This document shows positions 55,532 through 64,000 of a stretch of DNA of 64,000 bases, piece after piece; within the stretch, counting starts at the first letter, position 1; every line of letters starts with the position of its first letter. Origin of the DNA: Bacteroidota bacterium (GTDB lineage: Bacteria > Bacteroidota > Bacteroidia > Chitinophagales > Chitinophagaceae). A program made the translations under genes and the position numbers. Location of the stretch: the NCBI GenBank assembly GCA_031377245.1, contig JANMEU010000004.1, forward strand, positions 60,359 through 124,358, given 5' to 3'. Below the pieces are notes generated by a model that saw nothing but the letters and a program-made list of their open reading frames with translations, did no database searches and was not told the DNA's origin.

Positions 55532-55978
55532 TTATGGTTTTGCATTTTTATCTACTGCTGCTGGTATTATTTGCTCAGTTTTTGGCGCTTCTCTACTACC
55601 AGCATTGGTGTTTTTTAAATTTTTCCAACTATTGCCATCCATTAAAAATGCGGCAATAAACCATATAAATAAGGCTAGTGTAGTTACAATAGTTAATCTA
55701 AAGTTTTTAAGCTCTCCGCCCAAATGCATAAATACGCCTACAATGTAGTATGCTTTTGCAACAGATAAAATACAAATAGCTCCAACAAAAAACATCCCTA
55801 GTGCAGAGCTTTTTTCTACCCATCCTGCTTGTTTTGTCATGGCATAACCCATAACCAACTCTACAATTGTAACTACAGATAGTAAGGTAAAAACTTGCCA
55901 AATTCTTTTTACACCCGAATTATCATGCTTTGGTGCAAGTGTAATTTCTGGTGATGATACTGCTGAATGACTACTCAT
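55532..55978 (-). CDS. Cytochrome c oxidase subunit IV family
   Basis: Three TM segments; KAYYIVG.FMHL..E motif; position in the oxidase operon. Confidence 0.85.
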   Translation of the reverse strand: MSSHSAVSSPEITLAPKHDNSGVKRIWQVFTLLSVVTIVELVMGYAMTKQAGWVEKSSALGMFFVGAICILSVAKAYYIVGVFMHLGGELKNFRLTIVTTLALFIWFIAAFLMDGNSWKNLKNTNAGSREAPKTEQIIPAAVDKNAKP

Positions 55979-56066
55979 AATTAATTAAATCTTTTTTATT
56001 TTCAATCGCCTCTTTCTCATTTTATAATAACATGATATAAGGCTTACTATTTATACTTTTTTTATA

Positions 56067-56948
56067 CTAAACTAGGTAAAAACATAAAAACACAAAAACC
56101 CAAACTAAATCTACAAAATGCCAGTATAATCCTGCTTTTTCAATCATTTCATAATGTCCTCTTTGATCAAAATGACCAAGTTTAGTTTTTAAATACATGA
56201 TAATATTTATTACCACACCACTAAAAACGTGAAAACCATGGAAACCTGTAATACCAAAAAAGTAACTTCCAAATGCTGGCGGCCCTTGCGAACCTACATG
56301 TACAGTACCTGCATTTACTAATTTTGTAGCTTCTTCTACTAATTGTGCAGTACCTACGCCTTGTGCATTAAAAGCATGATTATGTTCATGAATCATTGCA
56401 GTTAATAACTCAGGGCTAGCTTTTGGTAATGCGCCTATTACAGCAGACTTATCTACATGATCAATACCCCAAGGGTTATGGCTAGGTGTTGTATTTAATG
56501 CACTTAATACGCCTTCTTTAGATAAAATAAAATGTTCGCCAGTTAACAAATGCGTCCACTCCCAAGCTTGACAACCTAAGAAAGCGGCACCCCCTAAAAT
56601 TGTCCAAAGCATGTACTTCTCCACACCTTTTCTATTCATATTATGGCCTTCGTGAACTGCCAACACCATCGTTACTGAACTAAAAATTAATATAAACGTC
56701 ATTAAACTCACAAAAGCTAAAGGCAAATCTGCTCCATGTAACCCAGGAAAAGCGTTAAACACCTGATTAGCATCTACCCAACTATTCATACTAAAACGCA
56801 ATGTAGCGTAGCTAATAATAAATGCACCAAATGTAAAGGCATCACTCATTAAAAAGTACCACATCATTACTTTTCCGTAACTAATGTTAAATGGGCTTCT
56901 ACCGCCATTCCACCATTTTGTGTTCGATGGTATTGTTGTTGCTGACAT
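56067..56948 (-). CDS. Cytochrome c oxidase subunit III (long paralog)
   Basis: MW.FL.SD.FTF, FFGITGFHGFHVFSG and GLYWHFVDLVWVFVF. Confidence 0.92.
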   Translation of the reverse strand: MSATTIPSNTKWWNGGRSPFNISYGKVMMWYFLMSDAFTFGAFIISYATLRFSMNSWVDANQVFNAFPGLHGADLPLAFVSLMTFILIFSSVTMVLAVHEGHNMNRKGVEKYMLWTILGGAAFLGCQAWEWTHLLTGEHFILSKEGVLSALNTTPSHNPWGIDHVDKSAVIGALPKASPELLTAMIHEHNHAFNAQGVGTAQLVEEATKLVNAGTVHVGSQGPPAFGSYFFGITGFHGFHVFSGVVINIIMYLKTKLGHFDQRGHYEMIEKAGLYWHFVDLVWVFVFLCFYLV

Positions 56949-56992
56949 AATTATGTTTTAATACATGGTACTCCGTACAAAGTACTTCATAC

Positions 56993-57559
56993 TTATTTTA
57001 TCATTAATAAAAAAATCAATAAATAAATCCAAAGGGCACCTACAAAGTGCCAATATGTACTTACTAAATCTACACTTATATTGCTATAGCTTTTTGTTTT
57101 TGTATTAAATGCTTTAGCAAATAAAACAACTAATGCAATTACACCACCTATTACATGGGCAGCATGTAAACCTACTATTACGTACAAAAACGAGTACGAC
57201 ACAGTTGATTGTAAGGTGTTGCCCATACTCCACAATTCCTTAAAGCCCAATACTTGAAAAGCCAAAAAAAGAACGCCTAAAACGGTTGTGGCTGTTACCA
57301 ATTGGCGGTACTTTGCCATTTCCCTATTTTTAAATGCATTGCCAGCCAAGTAAAGCAATATACTACTTAAAATTATAGCTACTGTACTGTACCAAAATAA
57401 ATTAGGTATGTCAAATGTTACCCAATTAGCTTGGTTACGTTTTACAATGTAAGCACTTGTTAATCCTGCAAACATCATAACAATACTCCCCAATGCAACC
57501 CACAACGTAAATTTGTGTGGATGTATTTTATCTTTTTGTTTCATTACCACTGTATTCAT
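56993..57559 (-). CDS. Cytochrome c oxidase subunit III (short paralog)
   Basis: MMFAGLTSAYIV, GLHAAHVIGG and YWHFVG.LWIYL. Confidence 0.9.
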   Translation of the reverse strand: MNTVVMKQKDKIHPHKFTLWVALGSIVMMFAGLTSAYIVKRNQANWVTFDIPNLFWYSTVAIILSSILLYLAGNAFKNREMAKYRQLVTATTVLGVLFLAFQVLGFKELWSMGNTLQSTVSYSFLYVIVGLHAAHVIGGVIALVVLFAKAFNTKTKSYSNISVDLVSTYWHFVGALWIYLLIFLLMIK

Positions 57560-57770
57560 TTCTCTACTTACTAAAAATCAAAAAATTATTTTTATATACT
57601 TAGCTTTTGTTCTACTATTAAACATCGTTGTGTCACTCACTTGTGCTTTTACATCTTTATTCAGCTCTTTCAATTCAAAACTATTTTTTAAAATAGAACT
57701 CTTTTATTCCCTTAAAAACTATACAAAAAATTCTAAACTTGCTAAACCCCTAAACATTCTAAACCATGTT

Positions 57771-58682
57771 TTACACCACTCTAATTTTATCTGCATACAT
57801 ACTCAAAAAAACGACTAACAAGTAAAAATAAGAACTAAACATTACCCGTCTTGCGCTTTTAATATCCATATTTATAAATAACAACACACTTACATAAACC
57901 ATTGCCAAATTACAAGCAATCAAAATCCACATACTTACACTTCCTGTCATGTTAAAAAAGTGTGGCAATAATCCAACAGGTAGCATTAAAGCGCTGTAAA
58001 TTATTGTTTGCAAAGCGGTAAATTTTGTTGGTCCTTTATCGCTAGGTAAAAGCTTAAAACCAGCAGCAGAATAATCTTTATGTGCCACCCAAGCTATTGC
58101 CCAAAAATGTGGAAACTGCCATAAAAATTGAATACCAAACAATATCCATCCACCTGCACTAAAACTATCTGTAGCTGCAACCCACCCAATTAGGCAAGGT
58201 AAAGCGCCAGGTAATGCACCTACTAAAACCGAAACGGAGTTTATTTTTTTTAATGGCGTATATACAAAGCCATATAAAAATAAACTAAACAAACCCACCA
58301 TGGCACTACTAAAGTTAAAAAACCACCACATAATAAAAATGCCTAAACCTCCAGCAACAACCGCAAAAATACTTGCTTCGGTTACAGTCATCCTGCCGCT
58401 AGGTAATGGCCTAGTAGCTGTTCGTTTCATTAGTGCATCGGTGTCTTTCTCCAAAATTTGATTAATGGTATTTGCACTTCCGGTTATTAGCATTCCGCCA
58501 ATAAAAAGTAAAAGAACTTGTAGTAAATCAAAACGTATATTAGGTGCCAACAAGTAGCTTACTACTGTGCTAAATACCACCATAAAGCTTAACGTGAATT
58601 TTATTAATTGAAAATAATCTTTCACTTTACTTGCCAACCCAAACGATGCTGAGTTTTTTATGTTGGTATCTTCTTGTTGCAT
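57771..58682 (-). CDS. cyoE: Heme O synthase (protoheme IX farnesyltransferase)
   Basis: D.LM.RT..RPLPSG, YTPLK, GALP.LIGW and WQFPHFWAI motifs. Confidence 0.95.
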   Translation of the reverse strand: MQQEDTNIKNSASFGLASKVKDYFQLIKFTLSFMVVFSTVVSYLLAPNIRFDLLQVLLLFIGGMLITGSANTINQILEKDTDALMKRTATRPLPSGRMTVTEASIFAVVAGGLGIFIMWWFFNFSSAMVGLFSLFLYGFVYTPLKKINSVSVLVGALPGALPCLIGWVAATDSFSAGGWILFGIQFLWQFPHFWAIAWVAHKDYSAAGFKLLPSDKGPTKFTALQTIIYSALMLPVGLLPHFFNMTGSVSMWILIACNLAMVYVSVLLFINMDIKSARRVMFSSYFYLLVVFLSMYADKIRVV

Positions 58683-58787
58683 TATTCTGTTAATGGTTAA
58701 TCGTTAATGGTAATAGCCCTCAACAGTTATAAAATTCTAACTCACCATTATCGCATTACCAAATCATCGAATTATCACATTGTATTA

Positions 58788-60593
58788 TTAATGCCCACTC
58801 GTTTCATCTTCACCCACTGGTACATTTTGTGGTGTAAATTCTTTACCGTCTTTTGCATAATCATATGCACCTCTGTATACTTCTGGTATTTCGCCAGGCC
58901 AGTTACCATGCCCTGGGTTAATTGGTGTTGTCCACTCCAATGTATTACTACCCCAAGGATTTTGTGTAGTTACTTTTCTTCCTTTAAAAACACTGTAGAA
59001 AAAATTAAACACAAATAATAATTGTACAGCAAATACCAATAGCGATACAAAACTTATAAACTCATTTAAGCCACCAAACATTTTAAACGACTCCCAGTTA
59101 CTAAAATCATAATAACGACGAGGCATACCTGCTAAACCTTCGTAATGCATTGGCCAAAAAATTAAATACGCACCAATAATAGTTACCCAAAAGTGGATAT
59201 AAGCCATCGTATTATTTAAAAACCTGCCAAACATTTTAGGAAACCAATGATACACCCCTGCAAACATTCCAAAAAACGAAGCTACACCCATTACAATATG
59301 AAAGTGAGCAACTACAAAATAAGTATCATGTAAGTGCAAATCTAACGCTGAGTTTCCTAAGAAAATACCTGTTAAACCTCCACTAATAAATAAACTTACA
59401 AAGCCAATAGCAAATAACATAGCTGGTGTAAAACGAATATTTCCACGCCATAATGTTGTAAGCCAGTTAAATACTTTAATAGCACTAGGTACAGCAATTA
59501 GTAAAGTAAGTAATACAAAGAATGCACCTAAGAAAGGATTAAGCCCTGTAACAAACATATGATGCGCCCAAACTAAAAAGGCTAAAATTGCTATTGCAAA
59601 TAAAGACGCAACCATTGCCATGTAACCAAATATTGGTTTACGGCTATTAACAGATAGTATTTCTGAGCTCATTCCCATTGCTGGTAATAAAATAATATAC
59701 ACTTCTGGGTGACCTAAAAACCAAAATAAATGTTGAAATAAAATTGCACTACCGCCTTCGTTTGGTAAAACTTTTCCTGCAACATAAATATCACTTAAGA
59801 AAAAGCTTGTGCCTAAATTTCTATCAAATAATAATAAAATAGCGCCACTTAATAATACAGGGAAACTTAAAACACCTAATACTGCAGTAAAGAACAAAGC
59901 CCAAATAGTTAATGGCATCCTTGTCATACTCATACCCTTGGTACGCATGTTAAGTATTGTGGTAATGTAGTTTAAGCCACCTAATAAAGATGATACAATA
60001 AACATGGCCATACTTACAAGCCACAAATCCATACCAATTTTACTACCACTACTTGCATCACCTAAGGCACTTAGTGGTGGGTAAATGGTCCATCCGCCAC
60101 TTGCTGGGCCAGTTTGTACAAACAATGAACTAAACATTATTACACTAGCTAAAAAGAAAAACCAATAGCTAAGCATATTTAATAAAGGCGAAGCCATATC
60201 TCTTGCACCAATTTGTAAAGGAATTAAAAAGTTGGCAAACGTACCGCTCAATCCTGCAGTTAATACAAAGAATACTAAAATAGTACCATGCATAGTTACT
60301 AATGCATAATAAAACTCTGGTTGTAGTTTACCACCCTTTGCCCAATGCCCTAAAAAATCTTCTAAAAAAGGGAAAGTTTGGTCGGGATAACCCAATTGTA
60401 AACGGAAGATTACCGAAAATAATCCCCCGATAATAGCCCATATCATACCAGTAATTAAAAATTGCTTGGCAATCATTTTATGATCTTGGCTAAAAACATA
60501 TTTACTTATAAATGTTTCGTGGTGGTGATGTTCGTGGTGTGCATCATGTGCTGCATGAACATCTACTTCTTGTAAGGTGGCTACGCTACTCAT
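58788..60593 (-). CDS. ctaD: Cytochrome c oxidase subunit I, A1 type
   Basis: TMHGT, GWTIYPPL, WFLGHPEVY, VWAHHMF, HDTYFVVAHFH and GMPRRY; D- and K-channel residues present. Confidence 0.97.
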   Translation of the reverse strand: MSSVATLQEVDVHAAHDAHHEHHHHETFISKYVFSQDHKMIAKQFLITGMIWAIIGGLFSVIFRLQLGYPDQTFPFLEDFLGHWAKGGKLQPEFYYALVTMHGTILVFFVLTAGLSGTFANFLIPLQIGARDMASPLLNMLSYWFFFLASVIMFSSLFVQTGPASGGWTIYPPLSALGDASSGSKIGMDLWLVSMAMFIVSSLLGGLNYITTILNMRTKGMSMTRMPLTIWALFFTAVLGVLSFPVLLSGAILLLFDRNLGTSFFLSDIYVAGKVLPNEGGSAILFQHLFWFLGHPEVYIILLPAMGMSSEILSVNSRKPIFGYMAMVASLFAIAILAFLVWAHHMFVTGLNPFLGAFFVLLTLLIAVPSAIKVFNWLTTLWRGNIRFTPAMLFAIGFVSLFISGGLTGIFLGNSALDLHLHDTYFVVAHFHIVMGVASFFGMFAGVYHWFPKMFGRFLNNTMAYIHFWVTIIGAYLIFWPMHYEGLAGMPRRYYDFSNWESFKMFGGLNEFISFVSLLVFAVQLLFVFNFFYSVFKGRKVTTQNPWGSNTLEWTTPINPGHGNWPGEIPEVYRGAYDYAKDGKEFTPQNVPVGEDETSGH

Positions 60594-60675
60594 ATTTTAT
60601 TTTTTGTTACTCTCTCCATTAAAAATATTTCAATTTTTAAAGGAGGAATCTTTTACTTTAATTTTCTAAAAATCT

Positions 60676-61722
60676 TTACTTCTTTAACAACTGTGCTGTA
60701 ATCTTTGTTGGAATACTATCTGTTTTTATTTCTTTTGGAGCTCTTGAAGGATCTACCGTCCAAAGCTCAGGCTTTTGAGTACTTAACCATTTATTATATT
60801 CCTCCATTGTTTCAACAATAATTACTCCTCTCATACTAAAATGTCCTGCACCACACATTTGATCGCAACTAATTTCGTATACAAAATTTGGATTGCCTGT
60901 TCGTTTTTTCATTTCCTCTGTAGTCCACTTTGGTGTAAACCATTGTGTTGTAGGTATGCCTGGTACAGCGTCCATTTTTAAACGAAAATGAACTAATCCT
61001 ACATCATGTATTACATCTTGTGCATTTATAACCATTTTACAAGGAACCCCTACTGGTATGTGCAATGTACCAGCTACATGTATATCGTCTAAGCTTGATT
61101 TATCATTAAAATCTACGCCAAGGGTGTTAATACCTGTAGTTAATTTATAATTTTTTGCGCCAAGCACTTTATCGTTTCCTGGGTACCTAAACTCCCAACC
61201 AAATTGGTGACCTGTAACTTCAACAACTATAGAATTTTTTGGAGCATCACCAGTTATTTTTAACCAAGCTTTTAAACCAAAAACCACTAAAACACACAAT
61301 ACAATTGCAGGTACGCCTGTCCATAACAATTCTAATTTATTATTATGAGGGAAATAAAAGGCTTTTTTACCATCTTTTTCTTGATACTTAAATGCAAACC
61401 AAAACAGCAATATTTGGGTAATTACAAAAACGATCCCTGTTACCAAAGTTGTCAACATAAACATTCTATCCAACTCTTCTCCTTCAATAGAGGCAGAGCC
61501 TTGCACAAATAATGTTTTTCCATAGTACAATTCATTACAATACCAAGCCCCTAGTAATCCAAATACCATAAAACCTAAAAGCATAAATGCGTTTATTTTA
61601 TTGTTTTGTTTACGGGTTTTATCTTCCCCTTTTAAAACGCTTACATACTCACTAGCTTTTGCTATTTGAAAAATAACAACAAACACTAATAAAACTAACA
61701 GGACTAATAAAAACTCTTTCAT
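60676..61722 (-). CDS. ctaC: Cytochrome c oxidase subunit II
   Basis: LELLWT, QFGWEFRYPG, DVIH and CDQMCGAGHFSM CuA site. Confidence 0.95.
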   Translation of the reverse strand: MKEFLLVLLVLLVFVVIFQIAKASEYVSVLKGEDKTRKQNNKINAFMLLGFMVFGLLGAWYCNELYYGKTLFVQGSASIEGEELDRMFMLTTLVTGIVFVITQILLFWFAFKYQEKDGKKAFYFPHNNKLELLWTGVPAIVLCVLVVFGLKAWLKITGDAPKNSIVVEVTGHQFGWEFRYPGNDKVLGAKNYKLTTGINTLGVDFNDKSSLDDIHVAGTLHIPVGVPCKMVINAQDVIHDVGLVHFRLKMDAVPGIPTTQWFTPKWTTEEMKKRTGNPNFVYEISCDQMCGAGHFSMRGVIIVETMEEYNKWLSTQKPELWTVDPSRAPKEIKTDSIPTKITAQLLKK

Positions 61723-61741
61723 ATAAAATTTATTAACGATG

Positions 61742-61861
61742 CCCCAAACCCCTAAAGGGGCTTTTGTACCCTAATAAGGTGGAGAGCTTTTCAATATTTT
61801 TTTACAATACTTTATTCAATCAATAATTAACTTACCCAATTCCCCTTTAGGGGCAGAGGGG
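61742..61861. repeat. REP-doublet / MITE-like element, copy 2
   Basis: CCCCAAACCCCTAAAGGGGCTTT (61742-64) ... CCCCTTTAGGGGCAGAGGGG (61842-61), abutting the actF stop. Confidence 0.75.
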
Positions 61862-63133
61862 TTAAGTATGATGTATCATACTTTCTTTTAAGAATGGATG
61901 ATTTTTAGGTACTAACGAATTTGCCGTTAAGTATCTACCAACTCCCCACATAATAATTCCAATGAATATACAAGGCACACCAAATTCAAATAAATTCATT
62001 TGTGCATGTTCATGTAAAGTGCCCGGCATTATCATTTGATATAAATCTATCCAATGTCCAAAGATTATTAAAATTCCCATCAAGGTAACCATTGTCCAAT
62101 TACGTTTTACACCTCGTTTCATTAATATTAATAATGGGCATAAAAAATTCAACACAAGGTTTAAAAAGAAGATGCCATAATAAGGTCCACTTTTTTCTGC
62201 TGTACCAATTCTTTCTACAAAATACTTTGTTTCTTCTGGTTGGTTACTATACCAAATAAGCATGTATTGGCTAAACCATAAGTATGTCCAAAATACTGAG
62301 AAGGCAAACATAAACTTACCTACATCATGTAAATGTTCTTCGGTTACATATTCTAATTGACCCTTATTTTTTAACCAAATTACAAAAATGGCGATTAAAC
62401 TCATTCCGCTTACAAATGTACTTGCAAAGGTGTACCAGCTATACATTGTACTATACCAATGAGCATCTATACTCATTAACCATAACCACGGAATTGTAGA
62501 GGCTACTGTTAAACCAAATGTTACAGTGAATAACGATGCCCAAACCGTATTTTTCCAAATCCATTTTTTTGCTGTTTCGTAATCCATTGGGCCTGTCTTA
62601 TCGCTTTCCAAGCTCATGCTACGCATTTTTCGTCCTAAAAACCACCACAAGAAAATGGATACACCTGATACAATTAAAAAGAATGCTGGATTTAAAAAGC
62701 CTTTTTTACCATTTAATATTTTATCTGCTGCTACCGCATCTTTATCTAACCAATGATAAATATCTGTACGATGCCCCATAATTATAGCCACCAATACTAC
62801 AAACGCAATTACACCTAAAATTGGCACTACGCTACTAATAGCTTCGGGCACTCTACGTAAAGCAACTTGCCAACCACCCATAGCCATAGTGGTAACACAT
62901 AAAAAGAACATGCTAGCATTTACAACTAACAACCAAAAAACACTATTTTGTAACAACACTGCCCAAAAACGAGTAGCGTTTACACTTGCATGAGCATCAT
63001 GACCAGCGCCATGCGTTACTGGGGAAAATGGGTGGTACATAATTAACCCCCATACAATTGCTAACGCACCTGCAATAATTAAACCCAGTGTCCACTTTTT
63101 ATAACTGCCTGGTAATTCGAATGTAGAAGCCAT
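61862..63133 (-). CDS. actF: Alternative complex III membrane subunit ActF
   Basis: GWQVALRRVPEA, DWLM-type WLMSID.HWYSTMY, EHLHD.GK.MFAFS.FW.YLWFSQYMLIWY.N.PEE. Confidence 0.9.
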   Translation of the reverse strand: MASTFELPGSYKKWTLGLIIAGALAIVWGLIMYHPFSPVTHGAGHDAHASVNATRFWAVLLQNSVFWLLVVNASMFFLCVTTMAMGGWQVALRRVPEAISSVVPILGVIAFVVLVAIIMGHRTDIYHWLDKDAVAADKILNGKKGFLNPAFFLIVSGVSIFLWWFLGRKMRSMSLESDKTGPMDYETAKKWIWKNTVWASLFTVTFGLTVASTIPWLWLMSIDAHWYSTMYSWYTFASTFVSGMSLIAIFVIWLKNKGQLEYVTEEHLHDVGKFMFAFSVFWTYLWFSQYMLIWYSNQPEETKYFVERIGTAEKSGPYYGIFFLNLVLNFLCPLLILMKRGVKRNWTMVTLMGILIIFGHWIDLYQMIMPGTLHEHAQMNLFEFGVPCIFIGIIMWGVGRYLTANSLVPKNHPFLKESMIHHT

Positions 63134-63157
63134 TTAAAATTATTTTTATTGAATTAC

Positions 63158-63787
63158 TTATTTTGTTTTTGCAACCGAAGCGCTGTCTGCTTTTGCAGGA
63201 GTTGCTTTTGGTTGTAATGTTCTTACATAGTTAATAACCATCCAACGTTGTTTTCTATCTAGTTGAGATGCATAGCTACCCATATTATTTTTACCATAGG
63301 TTAAAGAATGAAACATTGTTCCATCTGTCATACTAACATATAATGGTAAATTAAGGTTAGCTACTGCTCCAATCTTTCCAGCTATTGGGCCATTACCTCC
63401 ACCTTTTTCTCCATGGCAAACACCACAGTTAATATTATACAATCTTCCAGCCTCTGCTAATTCATCTTTTGTAAATGTAGTAACTGGGTTTTGTAAAGAT
63501 GCGCTTGCTGCGTAGCCGGCACTATCATTTTTGCCTGTGTAGGCAAACAATTCGCCTCTTTTAACGGTGCCTTCAACAGGCGATGCATTAAAAAAAGCAT
63601 TGCGCCTATTTTCAGCATCTTCTCTATTAAGAGAAAAATTGGTGGTGTCTAATAGGCTATATGCTTCGTAAGCTCTGCTATATGCCATATCGGGCATATA
63701 TATTTTGCCTGGGTTTTGTTTATTACCACAGCTACTAATAGTAATAACTGCTAAAAGAGTTAAACCTATATTGATAATTTTATTCAT
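63158..63787 (-). CDS. actE: Alternative complex III monoheme cytochrome c lipoprotein ActE (ORF track starts at 63793, TTG)
   Basis: Lipobox ISSC; YMPDM..S.AYE; CGVCH heme site; MGSYA...RW. Confidence 0.88.
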   Translation of the reverse strand: MNKIINIGLTLLAVITISSCGNKQNPGKIYMPDMAYSRAYEAYSLLDTTNFSLNREDAENRRNAFFNASPVEGTVKRGELFAYTGKNDSAGYAASASLQNPVTTFTKDELAEAGRLYNINCGVCHGEKGGGNGPIAGKIGAVANLNLPLYVSMTDGTMFHSLTYGKNNMGSYASQLDRKQRWMVINYVRTLQPKATPAKADSASVAKTK

Positions 63788-63791
63788 TTTC

Positions 63792-63812
63792 AATTTTCAA
63801 TTTTCAATTTTC
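63792..63812 (-). repeat. (GAAAATT)x3 heptamer tract between actD and actE
   Basis: Three perfect plus-strand AATTTTC units filling the short intergenic gap. Confidence 0.8.
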
Positions 63813-63814
63813 TA

Positions 63815-64000
63815 TTAATATCCTACTTCTTCTTTATACAATTTTTGTTCTCTGTCATATCTTCCTATCCACCAACCCGTTTCTGCAACCTGTATATTTA
63901 TTTCTGTTGCTCCTGCATTGCTTAAAAAGGATTGCACTTCGGCTTCGTTGGTTTTATCGGTACACTCAATTGCCATTACAAATAAATCGTCGGTTGCTCT
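63815..64000 (-). CDS. actD: Alternative complex III subunit ActD (DUF3341), 3' end only
   Basis: My translation of 62 codons: RATDDLFVMAIEC...GATEINIQ...EVGY*; sits directly upstream of actE; truncated by the window edge. Confidence 0.8.
   Translation of the reverse strand, partial: RATDDLFVMAIECTDKTNEAEVQSFLSNAGATEINIQVAETGWWIGRYDREQKLYKEEVGY

Noticed and set aside
22250-63812. Short periodic repeats considered as CRISPR arrays
   Set aside because: Units are 7-9 nt tandem repeats with no unique spacers, and no cas genes are present

Overview
AT-rich chromosomal window from a Bacteroidota genome, most like Chitinophagaceae. The assignment rests on TAnnTTTG '-7' promoter elements, type IX secretion (T9SS) cargo proteins and the ACIII + aa3 oxidase operon. 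Gene content left to right: DUF2490 outer-membrane protein; coupled TraB/GumN-ECF sigma-membrane protein triplet; subclass B1 metallo-beta-lactamase; blh + green-tuned DTE proteorhodopsin with a Gly at the carotenoid-antenna fenestration site; GH18 lipoprotein; housekeeping genes (fabH, ctaA, rnhB, Sua5/YciO, PfkB, ptrB, asd, an orphan korB); a vanadium haloperoxidase + CRTAC1/ASPIC-UnbV operon; a polyglycine-rich T9SS protein; DASS transporter; amidase; M48 peptidase + DUF6770; marR-acyl-CoA dehydrogenase; a GT2 glycosyltransferase carrying several in-frame repeat insertions; asnC; trmB operon; a LytS/LytTR two-component system with three 21-bp-period operator candidates; and the distal alternative complex III (actD-E-F) / cytochrome aa3 oxidase operon. 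The standout is an unannotated ~172-nt tRNA-shaped RNA (43309-43480). It has an Asp anticodon and several Asp identity elements, a pyrimidine at position 37, and a 100-nt structured insert in place of the variable arm. It has its own promoter and terminator and lies between asnC and trmB. No CRISPR array, rRNA, canonical tRNA, transposase or integrase was found, but several families of short REP-like, heptamer and 8-9-mer repeats are scattered through the window. All family assignments are by motif recognition; no database searches were run.
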